Shown here: piece after piece, positions 9,557 to 17,935 of the stretch | Layout of the letters: every line of letters starts with the position of its first letter | Numbering within the stretch: position 1 is the first letter of the stretch | Assembly: GCA_038231135.1 (NCBI GenBank) | Contig: JBBRLX010000003.1 | Coordinates: 32,001-96,000, forward strand | Length of the DNA: 64,000 nucleotides | Direction: 5' to 3' | Source of the DNA: Candidatus Eiseniibacteriota bacterium | GTDB lineage: Bacteria; Eisenbacteria; RBG-16-71-46 | The notes under the pieces: generated by a model | What the model saw: only the letters and a program-made list of their open reading frames with translations | The model's database searches: none | Told to the model about the DNA's origin: nothing | Translations under genes and position numbers: made by a program

Positions 9557-10642
9557 TCAGGAGATGATGGGAAGCTCGCAGCAGTCGCCGGCGGGAATCG
9601 GCTTGCCGTGCGGACACTCGCGCGGGTGCCCGAGGTAGGAGCAGATGCTGTTCGTCACGCCGGCGTCGATGATGTGCTCCATGCGGCATGCCGCCAGCTC
9701 GACTTCGGGGTCGGGAATCCGCATCGCCGACGAGAACAGCACCTCCGCGAGCCGCCGGCGCCGCACCAGGTCGCGCGCCTGCCCGCGTCCGCGCGGCGTG
9801 AACTCCAGCGCCGGGCCGTGCTGCACCATGAGCCCGCTCTCCATCATGCCGAGCAGCGTGCGGCGATTGTCGACCACGTCGGGAATCTTGACGCGCTCGG
9901 CGTCCGGCACGCGGCCGTCCTCGGTCAGCGTCCACATCTGGACCAGCACCTCGTCGTAGCGGCGCTCGATCTCCTCGCTCGGCACGGTGAGGTCGGCGAG
10001 GCGGCCGTGGTGCAGCTCCACGCGGCGGTCGGCCAGGTGCCCGACCTTGGGGGCGTGCGTGACCGTGACCAGCGTATGGCCGTCGGCGTGGAGCTGCTGC
10101 AGCAGCCGCAGCACCTTGTCCTCGTTCTCGGCATCGAGGTTGCCGGTGGGCTCGTCGGCGAGGATCAGCGCCGGCTGGTTGATCAGCGCACGCGCCACGC
10201 ACACCCGCTGCTGCTCGCCGCCCGACAACTGCGACGGCAGGTGTGTGGCGCGATCGCCGAGCCCCACGCGCTCGAGCGCGGTCGTCGCCTCGCCCGCGTC
10301 CGCGACCGAATGATAGTGCTGGGCGACCATCACGTTCTCGAGTGCGGTGAGGTAGGGGAACAGGTGGAACTGCTGGAAGATGATGCCGACCTTCTCGCGG
10401 CGGTAACGCACGCGGTCGCTGTCGCCCATCGCCGAGATCTCGAGGCCGTCCACCAGGAGCCGGCCCGCGGTCGGGCGGTCGAGCGCGCCGAGCAGGTTCA
10501 CGAGCGTGCTCTTGCCGGAGCCCGACGGCCCCATCACCGCCAGCCACTCGCCGCGGCGGATCTCGAGATCCACCGCGTCGAGCGCCTTGAGCGACGCGAA
10601 CTGCCGCGACACCTGCTCGAACCGCACGAGTTTGTCGGTCAT
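9557..10642 (-). CDS. LolD/MacB-type ABC ATPase fused to a C-terminal DtxR/MntR-like metal-binding/dimerisation domain
   Basis: GPSGSGKST, LSGGEQQR, ADEPTGNLD, VTH; the C-terminal RRRRLAEVL...AACRMEH...CPHGKPIP aligns by eye with the DtxR core. Confidence 0.88.
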   Translation of the reverse strand: MTDKLVRFEQVSRQFASLKALDAVDLEIRRGEWLAVMGPSGSGKSTLVNLLGALDRPTAGRLLVDGLEISAMGDSDRVRYRREKVGIIFQQFHLFPYLTALENVMVAQHYHSVADAGEATTALERVGLGDRATHLPSQLSGGEQQRVCVARALINQPALILADEPTGNLDAENEDKVLRLLQQLHADGHTLVTVTHAPKVGHLADRRVELHHGRLADLTVPSEEIERRYDEVLVQMWTLTEDGRVPDAERVKIPDVVDNRRTLLGMMESGLMVQHGPALEFTPRGRGQARDLVRRRRLAEVLFSSAMRIPDPEVELAACRMEHIIDAGVTNSICSYLGHPRECPHGKPIPAGDCCELPIIS

Positions 10643-10649
10643 GCCGGTG

Positions 10650-11744
10650 TCAGTCCCCCTTGAGCGCCATCGCCGGCTCGATCCCGAGCGCGAGCCGCAC
10701 CGGCCCCAGGCTCGCGATCGCCGCGACCAGCAGCGACAGCGCGATCACGATCAGCGGCACGTCCCAGCGCGGCACCACGATCGAATGGAACACCTCGCGG
10801 CCGATCACCTCGGCCATGCCGAGCCCCAGGATCCAGCCGGCGACGCCGCCGAGCACGCCGATCGCCAGCGACTCGACGGCGAACTGCCGCACGATCTCGC
10901 GCCGGGTGGCGCCGAGCGCCTTCATCAGCGCGATCTCGCGCCGGCGCTCGAGCGCCAGGTCGGTGAGCGAGCCGAACGCGCACAGCCCGGCGGCGACGAG
11001 CGCCGCGATCGTGACGAGCGCCATCAGCCGCCGCATGCGGTCGAGCAGCCGGCCCTCGGTGGCGGTGAGCGCGTGCAGCGGCAGCACCGCCAGGTCGCCG
11101 TCGCGCTCGAGCCCCCGGGCGAGCGTCGCCGCGTCGCGCGCGTCGCCGTCGACGCGCGCCTGCACCACGCTCGCGCGGCCGGGCTCGGCGCCCAGCGCCT
11201 GGGCGGTCGCGAGCGGGATCCACAGCGCCTCGTCGTCCGCGCCCCCGGCGTCGAGCGCGGGGCCCGCGACGACGTCGGCGCTGCGGGCGCCATCGAGGCT
11301 CTCGAGCTTCACGTGTGCTCCGGGCGCCAGCCCAAGCCTGCGCCCCAGCCGCGCTCCGACCCACGACGGCTGCGGGCCGGCCGGCAGCTTCCACGACGGA
11401 TGCAGGCGCCGCGACGCGGCGAAGTCGGCGCCGATCACCTGGAGCGGCTGGCGGCCTGTCCGCGCCGCCACGTAGAGCAGCGGGGCACCGTCGACGCCCG
11501 TCGTGCGCAATCGCCCGAGCGCGTCCGCGGCGTCGAGGAACCGTCCGCCCGTGGCACCTTTGGCGGGCACCACCAGCAGGTTGGGCCCCAGCGAGCGCAG
11601 TTCGCGCGTGAGCTTGCGCGACACGTCGCCCTGCACGTGCAGCAGCGCCGACGCCACCGACGCGCCGATCGTCACCGCCAGCACCGCGAGTCCCGCGGTG
11701 CCGCGCTGGCGCCACAGCGCGCCGCGCAGCAGCCGCGCGTCCAT
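10650..11744 (-). CDS. FtsX/MacB-type ABC permease
   Basis: ELRSLGPNLLV, ERRREIALMKALGA, four-TM layout; alternative GTG start at 11798. Confidence 0.88.
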   Translation of the reverse strand: MDARLLRGALWRQRGTAGLAVLAVTIGASVASALLHVQGDVSRKLTRELRSLGPNLLVVPAKGATGGRFLDAADALGRLRTTGVDGAPLLYVAARTGRQPLQVIGADFAASRRLHPSWKLPAGPQPSWVGARLGRRLGLAPGAHVKLESLDGARSADVVAGPALDAGGADDEALWIPLATAQALGAEPGRASVVQARVDGDARDAATLARGLERDGDLAVLPLHALTATEGRLLDRMRRLMALVTIAALVAAGLCAFGSLTDLALERRREIALMKALGATRREIVRQFAVESLAIGVLGGVAGWILGLGMAEVIGREVFHSIVVPRWDVPLIVIALSLLVAAIASLGPVRLALGIEPAMALKGD

Positions 11745-11790
11745 GCCCAGCGATCGCGAACGGCCCGGCGTCCGTGTGCCCGGCGCGCGC

Positions 11791-13044
11791 TCAGCCACGC
11801 AGCACCTGCGCCGGATCGAGCCGCAGCGCCATGCGCAGTGGCGCGAGTGTGCCCAGGATCGCGACCGCCACCGCGATCAGGATCGCGAGCGGCAGCAGCA
11901 GCGGCGAGACGACGGAGGCGGTGCCGAACGTGTCGCCGCGGATCGCCGCGGCGCCCGCCATCCCGAGGCCCCAGCCCAGCACGCCGCCCGCCAGCGACAC
12001 CAGCAGCGTCTCCGCCAGCAGCAGCGTCGCGATCTGCGCCGACGTCGCCCCGAGCGAGCGCAGCAGGCCCAACTCGACGCTGCGCTCGACCACGGTGGCG
12101 GTGCTGGTCGACAACAGCCCGAGCACGGACGCCAGGATCGCCGCCGCCGCCAGCAGCAGCATGAGCAGGTTGAGCCGCGTCACCACGGCGCCCTCGCCCG
12201 ACACCATCTCGGTCATCGGCAGCACCTCGGTGTGGGGGATGCTGTTCTGCAGCGCGCGCGCGACCACGTCGGGATAGGCGGTGCACATGTGCTTCTCGTA
12301 GCCGGCGGGGTCGCGGCGCGGGTCGGGGATGGACTTGGTGCTGGGCGGCCGCACCAGCGCCGACAGCCACACGCGGTCGATGCCACCCGCGCCCGCGAGC
12401 GGCTCCAGGCGTTCGAGTGGCAGCCATGCGCGGTCGGCGTCGGCGGGCTCCACAGCCACGAGTCCGGTGACGCGCGCCGTGGCCGTGGCGCCGCCGACGG
12501 CCAGCGTCACGCTACTGCCCGCGCGCACGCCGTTGCGCTCCGCCCATGCGCGGTCGACCGCGATCTCTGCGGCGCCGTCCGCGGGCCAGCGGCCCGTCAC
12601 GCTCCAGTTGGGCCGCAGCCGCGCGAGCCCGGTGCGCCAGTCGCCGTCCTCCACGCGGATCGTGCGGTCGAACCACGTTCCGACCAGCGTCACGTCGTGG
12701 CCGGCGAGCCGGCCCGCGACCGCGCGCTCGGGTGCGGCCTCGAGGATGTTGTTGCGCCAGAACGTCGACTTGAGCTTCGCCACGGCATCGGTGCCGAGCA
12801 CCAGGCCCGCGCGCGCCGGCTCGACCTCGGCGCCGCCGAGGTTCAGCGCCCAGCGCGCGCCGGCGGGCAGCATCACGAAGTTGGGGCCCGCGGCGCGCAG
12901 CGTACGCGCCAGATCGTCGCCGACCTGGAGCGCCAGCGTCGCGAGCGCGATCGACACGGCGACGCCGAGCGTGACCGCGAGCAGCGCCAGCACCAGGCGC
13001 CCGCGCCGGGCGCGCAGCGACGAAGCCAGCATGCGCCCGAGCAT
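11791..13044 (-). CDS. FtsX/MacB-type ABC permease
   Basis: LRAAGPNFVM, ERSVELGLLRSLGA, C-terminal LDPAQVLRG. Confidence 0.88.
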   Translation of the reverse strand: MLGRMLASSLRARRGRLVLALLAVTLGVAVSIALATLALQVGDDLARTLRAAGPNFVMLPAGARWALNLGGAEVEPARAGLVLGTDAVAKLKSTFWRNNILEAAPERAVAGRLAGHDVTLVGTWFDRTIRVEDGDWRTGLARLRPNWSVTGRWPADGAAEIAVDRAWAERNGVRAGSSVTLAVGGATATARVTGLVAVEPADADRAWLPLERLEPLAGAGGIDRVWLSALVRPPSTKSIPDPRRDPAGYEKHMCTAYPDVVARALQNSIPHTEVLPMTEMVSGEGAVVTRLNLLMLLLAAAAILASVLGLLSTSTATVVERSVELGLLRSLGATSAQIATLLLAETLLVSLAGGVLGWGLGMAGAAAIRGDTFGTASVVSPLLLPLAILIAVAVAILGTLAPLRMALRLDPAQVLRG

Positions 13045-13046
13045 GC

Positions 13047-14318
13047 TCAGTGGCCCTTCAGGTGAGGCAGCACGGCGCGCAGGTCCAGCGTGCGGATCTC
13101 GAGCTGGCCGGCGGTTTCCTCATGGGGGAGTGGAATCGGGTTGCAGCCGCCGGTGCGGCCGAGCGACGCCAGCACGATCGGCGACGTGCAGTTGCGGCAC
13201 ACCGCATTGGTGCCACTCTCGAAGTAGCCCTTGTCGCCGCAGATCTCGCACGCGTCGAAGCAGGTGCGCACCTTGCCCCCGACGTCGATTGCGAAGAACC
13301 GGATCGGCTGCTCGGGCAGCACGACCTGATAGAAGTGCATGTGGCCGTCCGCGAGCGCCGCGTGCGGGAACGACACCACGCCGTTCACGACCGGCAGCGG
13401 CTCGGCCGGCGCCGGCCCGGGGATCTTGGACGTCTGGACGAACGCCACCGACAGGAACCCCACCACGATCAGCCCGACGATGCCGAGGTTGCGCCGCAGG
13501 CCCAGTTCACGCGTGCGCGCGGCGCGCGCCAGCCGCGCCTCGGGCCCCGTGGTCTCGGGCGCCACCGCCGCCGCCGCGACTTCGCTGTGCCCCGGTCCGA
13601 ACAGCAGCCAGCCCGCCGCCAGCGCCACGGTGAGCGTGAACAGCAGCAGCTCGTTCTTGACGATCGGCCCGATGATCGCCATCTCGGAGCGGCTCGACGG
13701 CAGGAACTGGCCCTCGGACAGCTCGTGCAGCCCGCCCACCAGCAACTGGATGCCGATCAGGATCAGCACCGCGGAGGTGAGCGAGAAGAACGGCTTGAGC
13801 GGCACGCGCAACGTGCCGCGCGCGAACAGCACGCCGAACACCACGGCCAGCGCGAGGCCCGTCACGGCGCCCAGCCACAGGCCGAGGCCGTGGCTGTTGA
13901 AGCTCGCGGCCGACAGGAAGATCGTGGTCTCGACGCCCTCGCGGAACACCATGCCCAGCGCGAACAGGAACAGCCCCGCCGCGTTGCGGCGGTCGCCGCG
14001 GCCGGTGACGGCGCGGTCGATGCCGCTCTGGATCTCGCCTGTGATGCCCGCCGCCGAGAGCCACATCCACCACACGAGGCTCACCACCAGCGCCGCGCCA
14101 ATCAGCATCGCCGTGCCCTCGGCCAGCTCCTCGTTGTAGGTGACGTGAGACGCCAGCCAGGCGCCCACGATCGACAACACGATCGCGACGGCGGTGCCGG
14201 CATACAGGGCCCAGTTCAGGCGGGTCAGCCCGCGCTTGCGCAGCAGGCTCAATGCGATCGCGAGCACGAGGGCGGCTTCCACGCCTTCGCGCAGGGTGAT
14301 TACCAGGGCTTCGAACAT
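13047..14318 (-). CDS. FTR1-family iron permease fused to a DUF2318 (Cys-rich) domain
   Basis: Two REGVE (REXXE) motifs in a multi-TM region; C-terminal FDACEIC..KGY..VCRNC..GGCNPIP; GGAGG RBS. Confidence 0.88.
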   Translation of the reverse strand: MFEALVITLREGVEAALVLAIALSLLRKRGLTRLNWALYAGTAVAIVLSIVGAWLASHVTYNEELAEGTAMLIGAALVVSLVWWMWLSAAGITGEIQSGIDRAVTGRGDRRNAAGLFLFALGMVFREGVETTIFLSAASFNSHGLGLWLGAVTGLALAVVFGVLFARGTLRVPLKPFFSLTSAVLILIGIQLLVGGLHELSEGQFLPSSRSEMAIIGPIVKNELLLFTLTVALAAGWLLFGPGHSEVAAAAVAPETTGPEARLARAARTRELGLRRNLGIVGLIVVGFLSVAFVQTSKIPGPAPAEPLPVVNGVVSFPHAALADGHMHFYQVVLPEQPIRFFAIDVGGKVRTCFDACEICGDKGYFESGTNAVCRNCTSPIVLASLGRTGGCNPIPLPHEETAGQLEIRTLDLRAVLPHLKGH

Positions 14319-14325
14319 GCGCGGC

Positions 14326-14847
14326 TCAACCTCCGTTGCGGGTGCCGGCGCGACCGGAGCTGGGTCGCGCGGTCCGGCGGGATTTGGCGGTGGCGGCGCG
14401 GCGCAGGCGCAGGGCCGCCGCCGCGGCAGCGGGCGACTCGATGCCGACGAGCGGCGCGCCGTCGATCTGACGCCACGCGTGGCAGGAGCGCGGCGCGCAG
14501 AACCCGAACGCCGATTCGTTGAGCGCGTACACCTGCGACTTGCCGTCGCGGCGCACCCGCACGATGTCGAGATCGCGCAGGATCCGCAACTGGTGCGACG
14601 TGGCCGACAGGCTCGTCCCCAGCGCCTCCGCCAGCTCGGTGACGCACAGGTCCTCGAGTGACAGCGCGTAGACGAGTTTGCTGCGGGTGGGATCGCCGAG
14701 CGCGCGGAACGTGCGCGACAGGCGCTCCACCTGCGCGTGGTCCTCGAGCGCGCGGCCGACGCGCGCGGCGCGCGCCGGATCGATCGGCTCGGGGCGCACC
14801 GTTGCGGGGGCGCCCCGGGTTGAACGCTTGAGAGAATGTTCACGCAT
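14326..14847 (-). CDS. ArsR/SmtB family transcriptional regulator
   Basis: FRALGDPTRSKL, LCVTELA, SATSHQLRILR, RRDGKSQVY; start uncertain (ATG 14847 or GTG 14799). Confidence 0.88.
   Translation of the reverse strand: MREHSLKRSTRGAPATVRPEPIDPARAARVGRALEDHAQVERLSRTFRALGDPTRSKLVYALSLEDLCVTELAEALGTSLSATSHQLRILRDLDIVRVRRDGKSQVYALNESAFGFCAPRSCHAWRQIDGAPLVGIESPAAAAAALRLRRAATAKSRRTARPSSGRAGTRNGG
14826..14845. promoter_or_regulatory. Candidate SmtB/CzrA-type operator
   Basis: Minus strand reads gcgTGAAcattctCTCAagc, one mismatch from the TGAA-N6-TTCA core, at the 5' end of the ArsR gene. Confidence 0.4.
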
Positions 14848-14896
14848 GAGCGCAGATTCGCCGATCGGCCGGGCGGCCGTCAAGCGCGGGTCGCTA

Positions 14897-14958
14897 GGGG
14901 GTGACAGAATCACTGCGGAGTCATGTCGCACGCATTCCGCAGTGATTCTGTCACCCCC
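14897..14958. repeat. Perfect 23-bp inverted repeat (REP-like hairpin)
   Basis: GGGGGTGACAGAATCACTGCGGA (14897-14919), 16-nt loop, TCCGCAGTGATTCTGTCACCCCC (14936-14958). Confidence 0.9.
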
Positions 14959-15017
14959 CAAGTGCGCTCAAGAATCCGCGCGCGGAAGCCCGGTCCGCCG
15001 CGTCCGGATTCCAGCGG

Positions 15018-15046
15018 TTGACAGCCCGCGAGCCGCTGTCGATGAT
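15018..15046 (+). promoter_or_regulatory. Candidate sigma70 promoter for the GWxTD gene
   Basis: TTGACA-N17-GATGAT about 40 nt before the ATG. Confidence 0.45.
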
Positions 15047-15084
15047 CGAATGAGTCCGGGCGCCGGCACACATTGGACCACCGC

Positions 15085-17061
15085 ATGATCCTTGCGTCAC
15101 ACGGGATCCGCGGGCGACGCTCGCCCGGCCGGATCCTCATACTCACACTTCTGCTGCTGACCGCCGTCGCGTCCGCACCGCGCGCCGCGCCGGACCGCCG
15201 TGTCGAGGCCCAGCAACTCCACCTGCATGCCCAGAGCATGCTCGAGCGCGGCACCATCGAGGGCCGCCGCACGGCGATCGCCGACCTCGAACAGGCGACG
15301 CTGCTCGATCCCGGCAATCCCGGGTACGAGCTGGCGCTGGCGCGCGTCTACTACCAGGTCGGGTTCCTCAAGTCCGCGCGCCGCCGGTTCGAGCGCGTGG
15401 TCCGGATGATGCCGAACGACGCCAACGGCCGGTTCGGGCTGGGCCAGGTGTGGCGGCGGGACTGGCTCAAGTACCTCGAGCCCGCGTCGCTCACCCGCGC
15501 GACCGATCACTTCAACGCCTGCTGCCGGCTGCGGCCGGGATTCACCGACAGCTGGCTGATGCTGGTGCCGCTGCTCATCGAGCAGCACGATTCGACCGCC
15601 GCCTACGCCGCCGCGATCCAGGCGCTGCAGTCCGACGAGCGCCGTCCCGACGCGCTGCTCGCGCTGGCCTACACCGCATACCACGTCGGCCAGCTCGAGC
15701 GCGCCGACAGCGCGTTCGACCGCGCGATCCCGCGGATGCCGAAGAGCGTGCGCGACCGGTTCGACGACATCAGCCCGGTCGCGAGCGCGCGCGACACGTT
15801 CACGCTCCACCGGCTGCCGGAGTCCGAGCAGAACGAATTCGTGCGGCGGTTCTGGAAGGACATGGACCCCGATCTCGCCACGCCCGAGAACGAGGCGCTG
15901 CTCGCGTACCGTGCGCGCGTGGCGCACGCGTACTTCCTGTTCTTCAACGTCAAGCTGCGGGAATGGGATGAGCGCGGCGAGGTCTACGTGCGCTACGGCC
16001 CGCCCGAGAAGGTGACGTACAACCCCGTCGGCATGAACCTGAACGTCACGCACGTGACCGACGGCGTGTGGTCGAGCGCGAGCTCGTTCCCCGCGAACGT
16101 GCTGCTGTGGGAGTACCCGTCGCTCGGCATGGAGATCACGCTGCAAGACCGCACGCTGAGCGAGTACTACATGCTGCCGATTTCGATGGACCACGATCCC
16201 GACCCGCTGCCCGATGCCGATTCGCTCGCCGCCCACGGCGACCAGCTCGCGTCGCGCAGCGGCCGAGGCGTGTTCCCGATGCTGCCGCCCGGTGTGAAAC
16301 CGCTCGACGTCACGGGCACCGTCGCCCGGTTCGAGACCGAGAAGACTCCGCAGTTGCTGGCGCAGATCGAAGTCGCGGGCTCGCCCGTGGACAGCCAGTG
16401 GGTGGACTGGGCCGTGCTCGATTCCATGCGTCACGAGGTGGCCCGCAATCACCGCACGCTGTCACCCTCGGCGTGCGACCCCACGACGCGGCGCGTGGCG
16501 GACTTCGCGACCGAGCTCAAGCCCGGCAACTACGTCGTCGGGATCACCGTGCGCGATGCACACGGCCGCCGGGGCGTGTTTCGTGAGGAGGTCAGCGTCG
16601 ATCCCGTGCTGCGGGAACTCGAGTTGAGCGACGTGGTGGTGTCGTGCGGCGCGCCCTACGTGGGCGCGGGTGGCGGGCGCACGGTGGCCGTGCGGCCCGA
16701 GGCGAACCCCGCCGCGCGTGTGGCCGCGGGCGAGCCGCTCACCGCGTATTTCGAGATCTATCACCTGACGCCGGGCGACGGCGGGACCTCGCGGTTCGAG
16801 TACGTGTACACCGTGAAGCCGGCGTCCCGCGACACGCGCATCTGGCTTGAGCGCGCGATCGCGCCGCGCCGGACGCCCGATCCCATCTCGGCCACGCGCG
16901 GCGAGGAGCAGCCGGGCACACTGCGCCGCCAGTTCGTGAGCGTGCCCGTGCAGGGATTGCCGCCGGGGAGATACCGGCTCGAGATCACCGTGCGCGACCT
17001 GGTCGCCATGACCGAGGCGAAGACGCAGGTGGAGTTCGTGAAGACGGCGGAGGTGCGGTAG
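15085..17061 (+). CDS. TPR-repeat and GWxTD-domain secreted protein
   Basis: Signal peptide, TPR-like helical repeats, FWKDMDPDLATPENE...RVAHA..F...DERGEVYVRYGPP, C-terminal Ig-like LPPGRYRLEITVRD. Confidence 0.8.
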   Translation: MILASHGIRGRRSPGRILILTLLLLTAVASAPRAAPDRRVEAQQLHLHAQSMLERGTIEGRRTAIADLEQATLLDPGNPGYELALARVYYQVGFLKSARRRFERVVRMMPNDANGRFGLGQVWRRDWLKYLEPASLTRATDHFNACCRLRPGFTDSWLMLVPLLIEQHDSTAAYAAAIQALQSDERRPDALLALAYTAYHVGQLERADSAFDRAIPRMPKSVRDRFDDISPVASARDTFTLHRLPESEQNEFVRRFWKDMDPDLATPENEALLAYRARVAHAYFLFFNVKLREWDERGEVYVRYGPPEKVTYNPVGMNLNVTHVTDGVWSSASSFPANVLLWEYPSLGMEITLQDRTLSEYYMLPISMDHDPDPLPDADSLAAHGDQLASRSGRGVFPMLPPGVKPLDVTGTVARFETEKTPQLLAQIEVAGSPVDSQWVDWAVLDSMRHEVARNHRTLSPSACDPTTRRVADFATELKPGNYVVGITVRDAHGRRGVFREEVSVDPVLRELELSDVVVSCGAPYVGAGGGRTVAVRPEANPAARVAAGEPLTAYFEIYHLTPGDGGTSRFEYVYTVKPASRDTRIWLERAIAPRRTPDPISATRGEEQPGTLRRQFVSVPVQGLPPGRYRLEITVRDLVAMTEAKTQVEFVKTAEVR

Positions 17062-17122
17062 GCCGGCCACTGCGACCGTACGGAGCAGCTGGGGCCAGGG
17101 AAAGGCGTTGTATCGGTAGGAG

Positions 17123-17935
17123 CTATCCCGGCTTCGCCACCCCCGGTCCGAACTCCCTCACGATCCCCTCCATCGCCCCCTGAATCCGTCCGTTGCTCGC
17201 GATGATCTCCCGGCGATCGACGGCGAACGCCTCGCCTTCCATGTTCGTCACGGTGCCGCCGGCTTCGCGCACCATCAGCACGCCCGCGGCCATGTCCCAT
17301 GCCGACAGGTGGCGCTCCCAGAAGCCATCGAACCGGCCGCATGCCACGTAGCACAAATTGAGCGCGGCCGAGCCGTCGCGGCGCACGCCCTGCGCGCGCA
17401 CGAGGAACGCCTGGAACAGCGGCATGATGGCTTCAGGGTTCTCGCGCACGGTGTACGGGAAGCCGCTCACGAGCAGCGCGTCTTCGATGCGCGCGATCGC
17501 CGACACGTGGATGGGCGCGCCGTTCCGGGTGGCGCCGGCGCCGCGGGCGGCGGCGAACAGTTCGTCGCGCGTGGGGTCGTACACGGCGCCCGCCACCAGC
17601 TCGCCGTCGCATTCGACGCCGATCGACACGCAGAAGAACGGGTAGTTGTGGGCGAAGTTCGTGGTGCCGTCGAGCGGGTCGATCATCCAGCGGAATCGCG
17701 ACGAGCGGTCGTGCATGCCCGATTCCTCGGCGAGGATCGCATGGTCGGGGAACCGCTCGCGGATGCGCGCCAGCAGCAGCGTCTCGCTGCGCCGGTCGAA
17801 CTCGGTGACGAGATCGATCACGCCCTTGTGCTCGGGGGCGTGCACGGTGCCGTAACCCTGAAGCAGGATCGCGCCGGCCTCGCGGGCGAACGCGCTCGCG
17901 GCGTCGCGCAGCTCGACGGGCGTTGCGTCCGTCAC
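17123..17935 (-). CDS. suhB: Inositol monophosphatase family protein
   Basis: DLVTEFD, ILAEE, WMIDPLDGTTNFAH, RRDGSAALNL, WDMAAG..EAGG; GTG start overlaps the upstream stop. Confidence 0.9.
   Translation of the reverse strand: MTDATPVELRDAASAFAREAGAILLQGYGTVHAPEHKGVIDLVTEFDRRSETLLLARIRERFPDHAILAEESGMHDRSSRFRWMIDPLDGTTNFAHNYPFFCVSIGVECDGELVAGAVYDPTRDELFAAARGAGATRNGAPIHVSAIARIEDALLVSGFPYTVRENPEAIMPLFQAFLVRAQGVRRDGSAALNLCYVACGRFDGFWERHLSAWDMAAGVLMVREAGGTVTNMEGEAFAVDRREIIASNGRIQGAMEGIVREFGPGVAKPG

Noticed and set aside
9555..10547. 612-aa version of the rhodanese-methyltransferase ORF
   Set aside because: The N-terminal extension is off-frame read-through across the ABC ATPase gene
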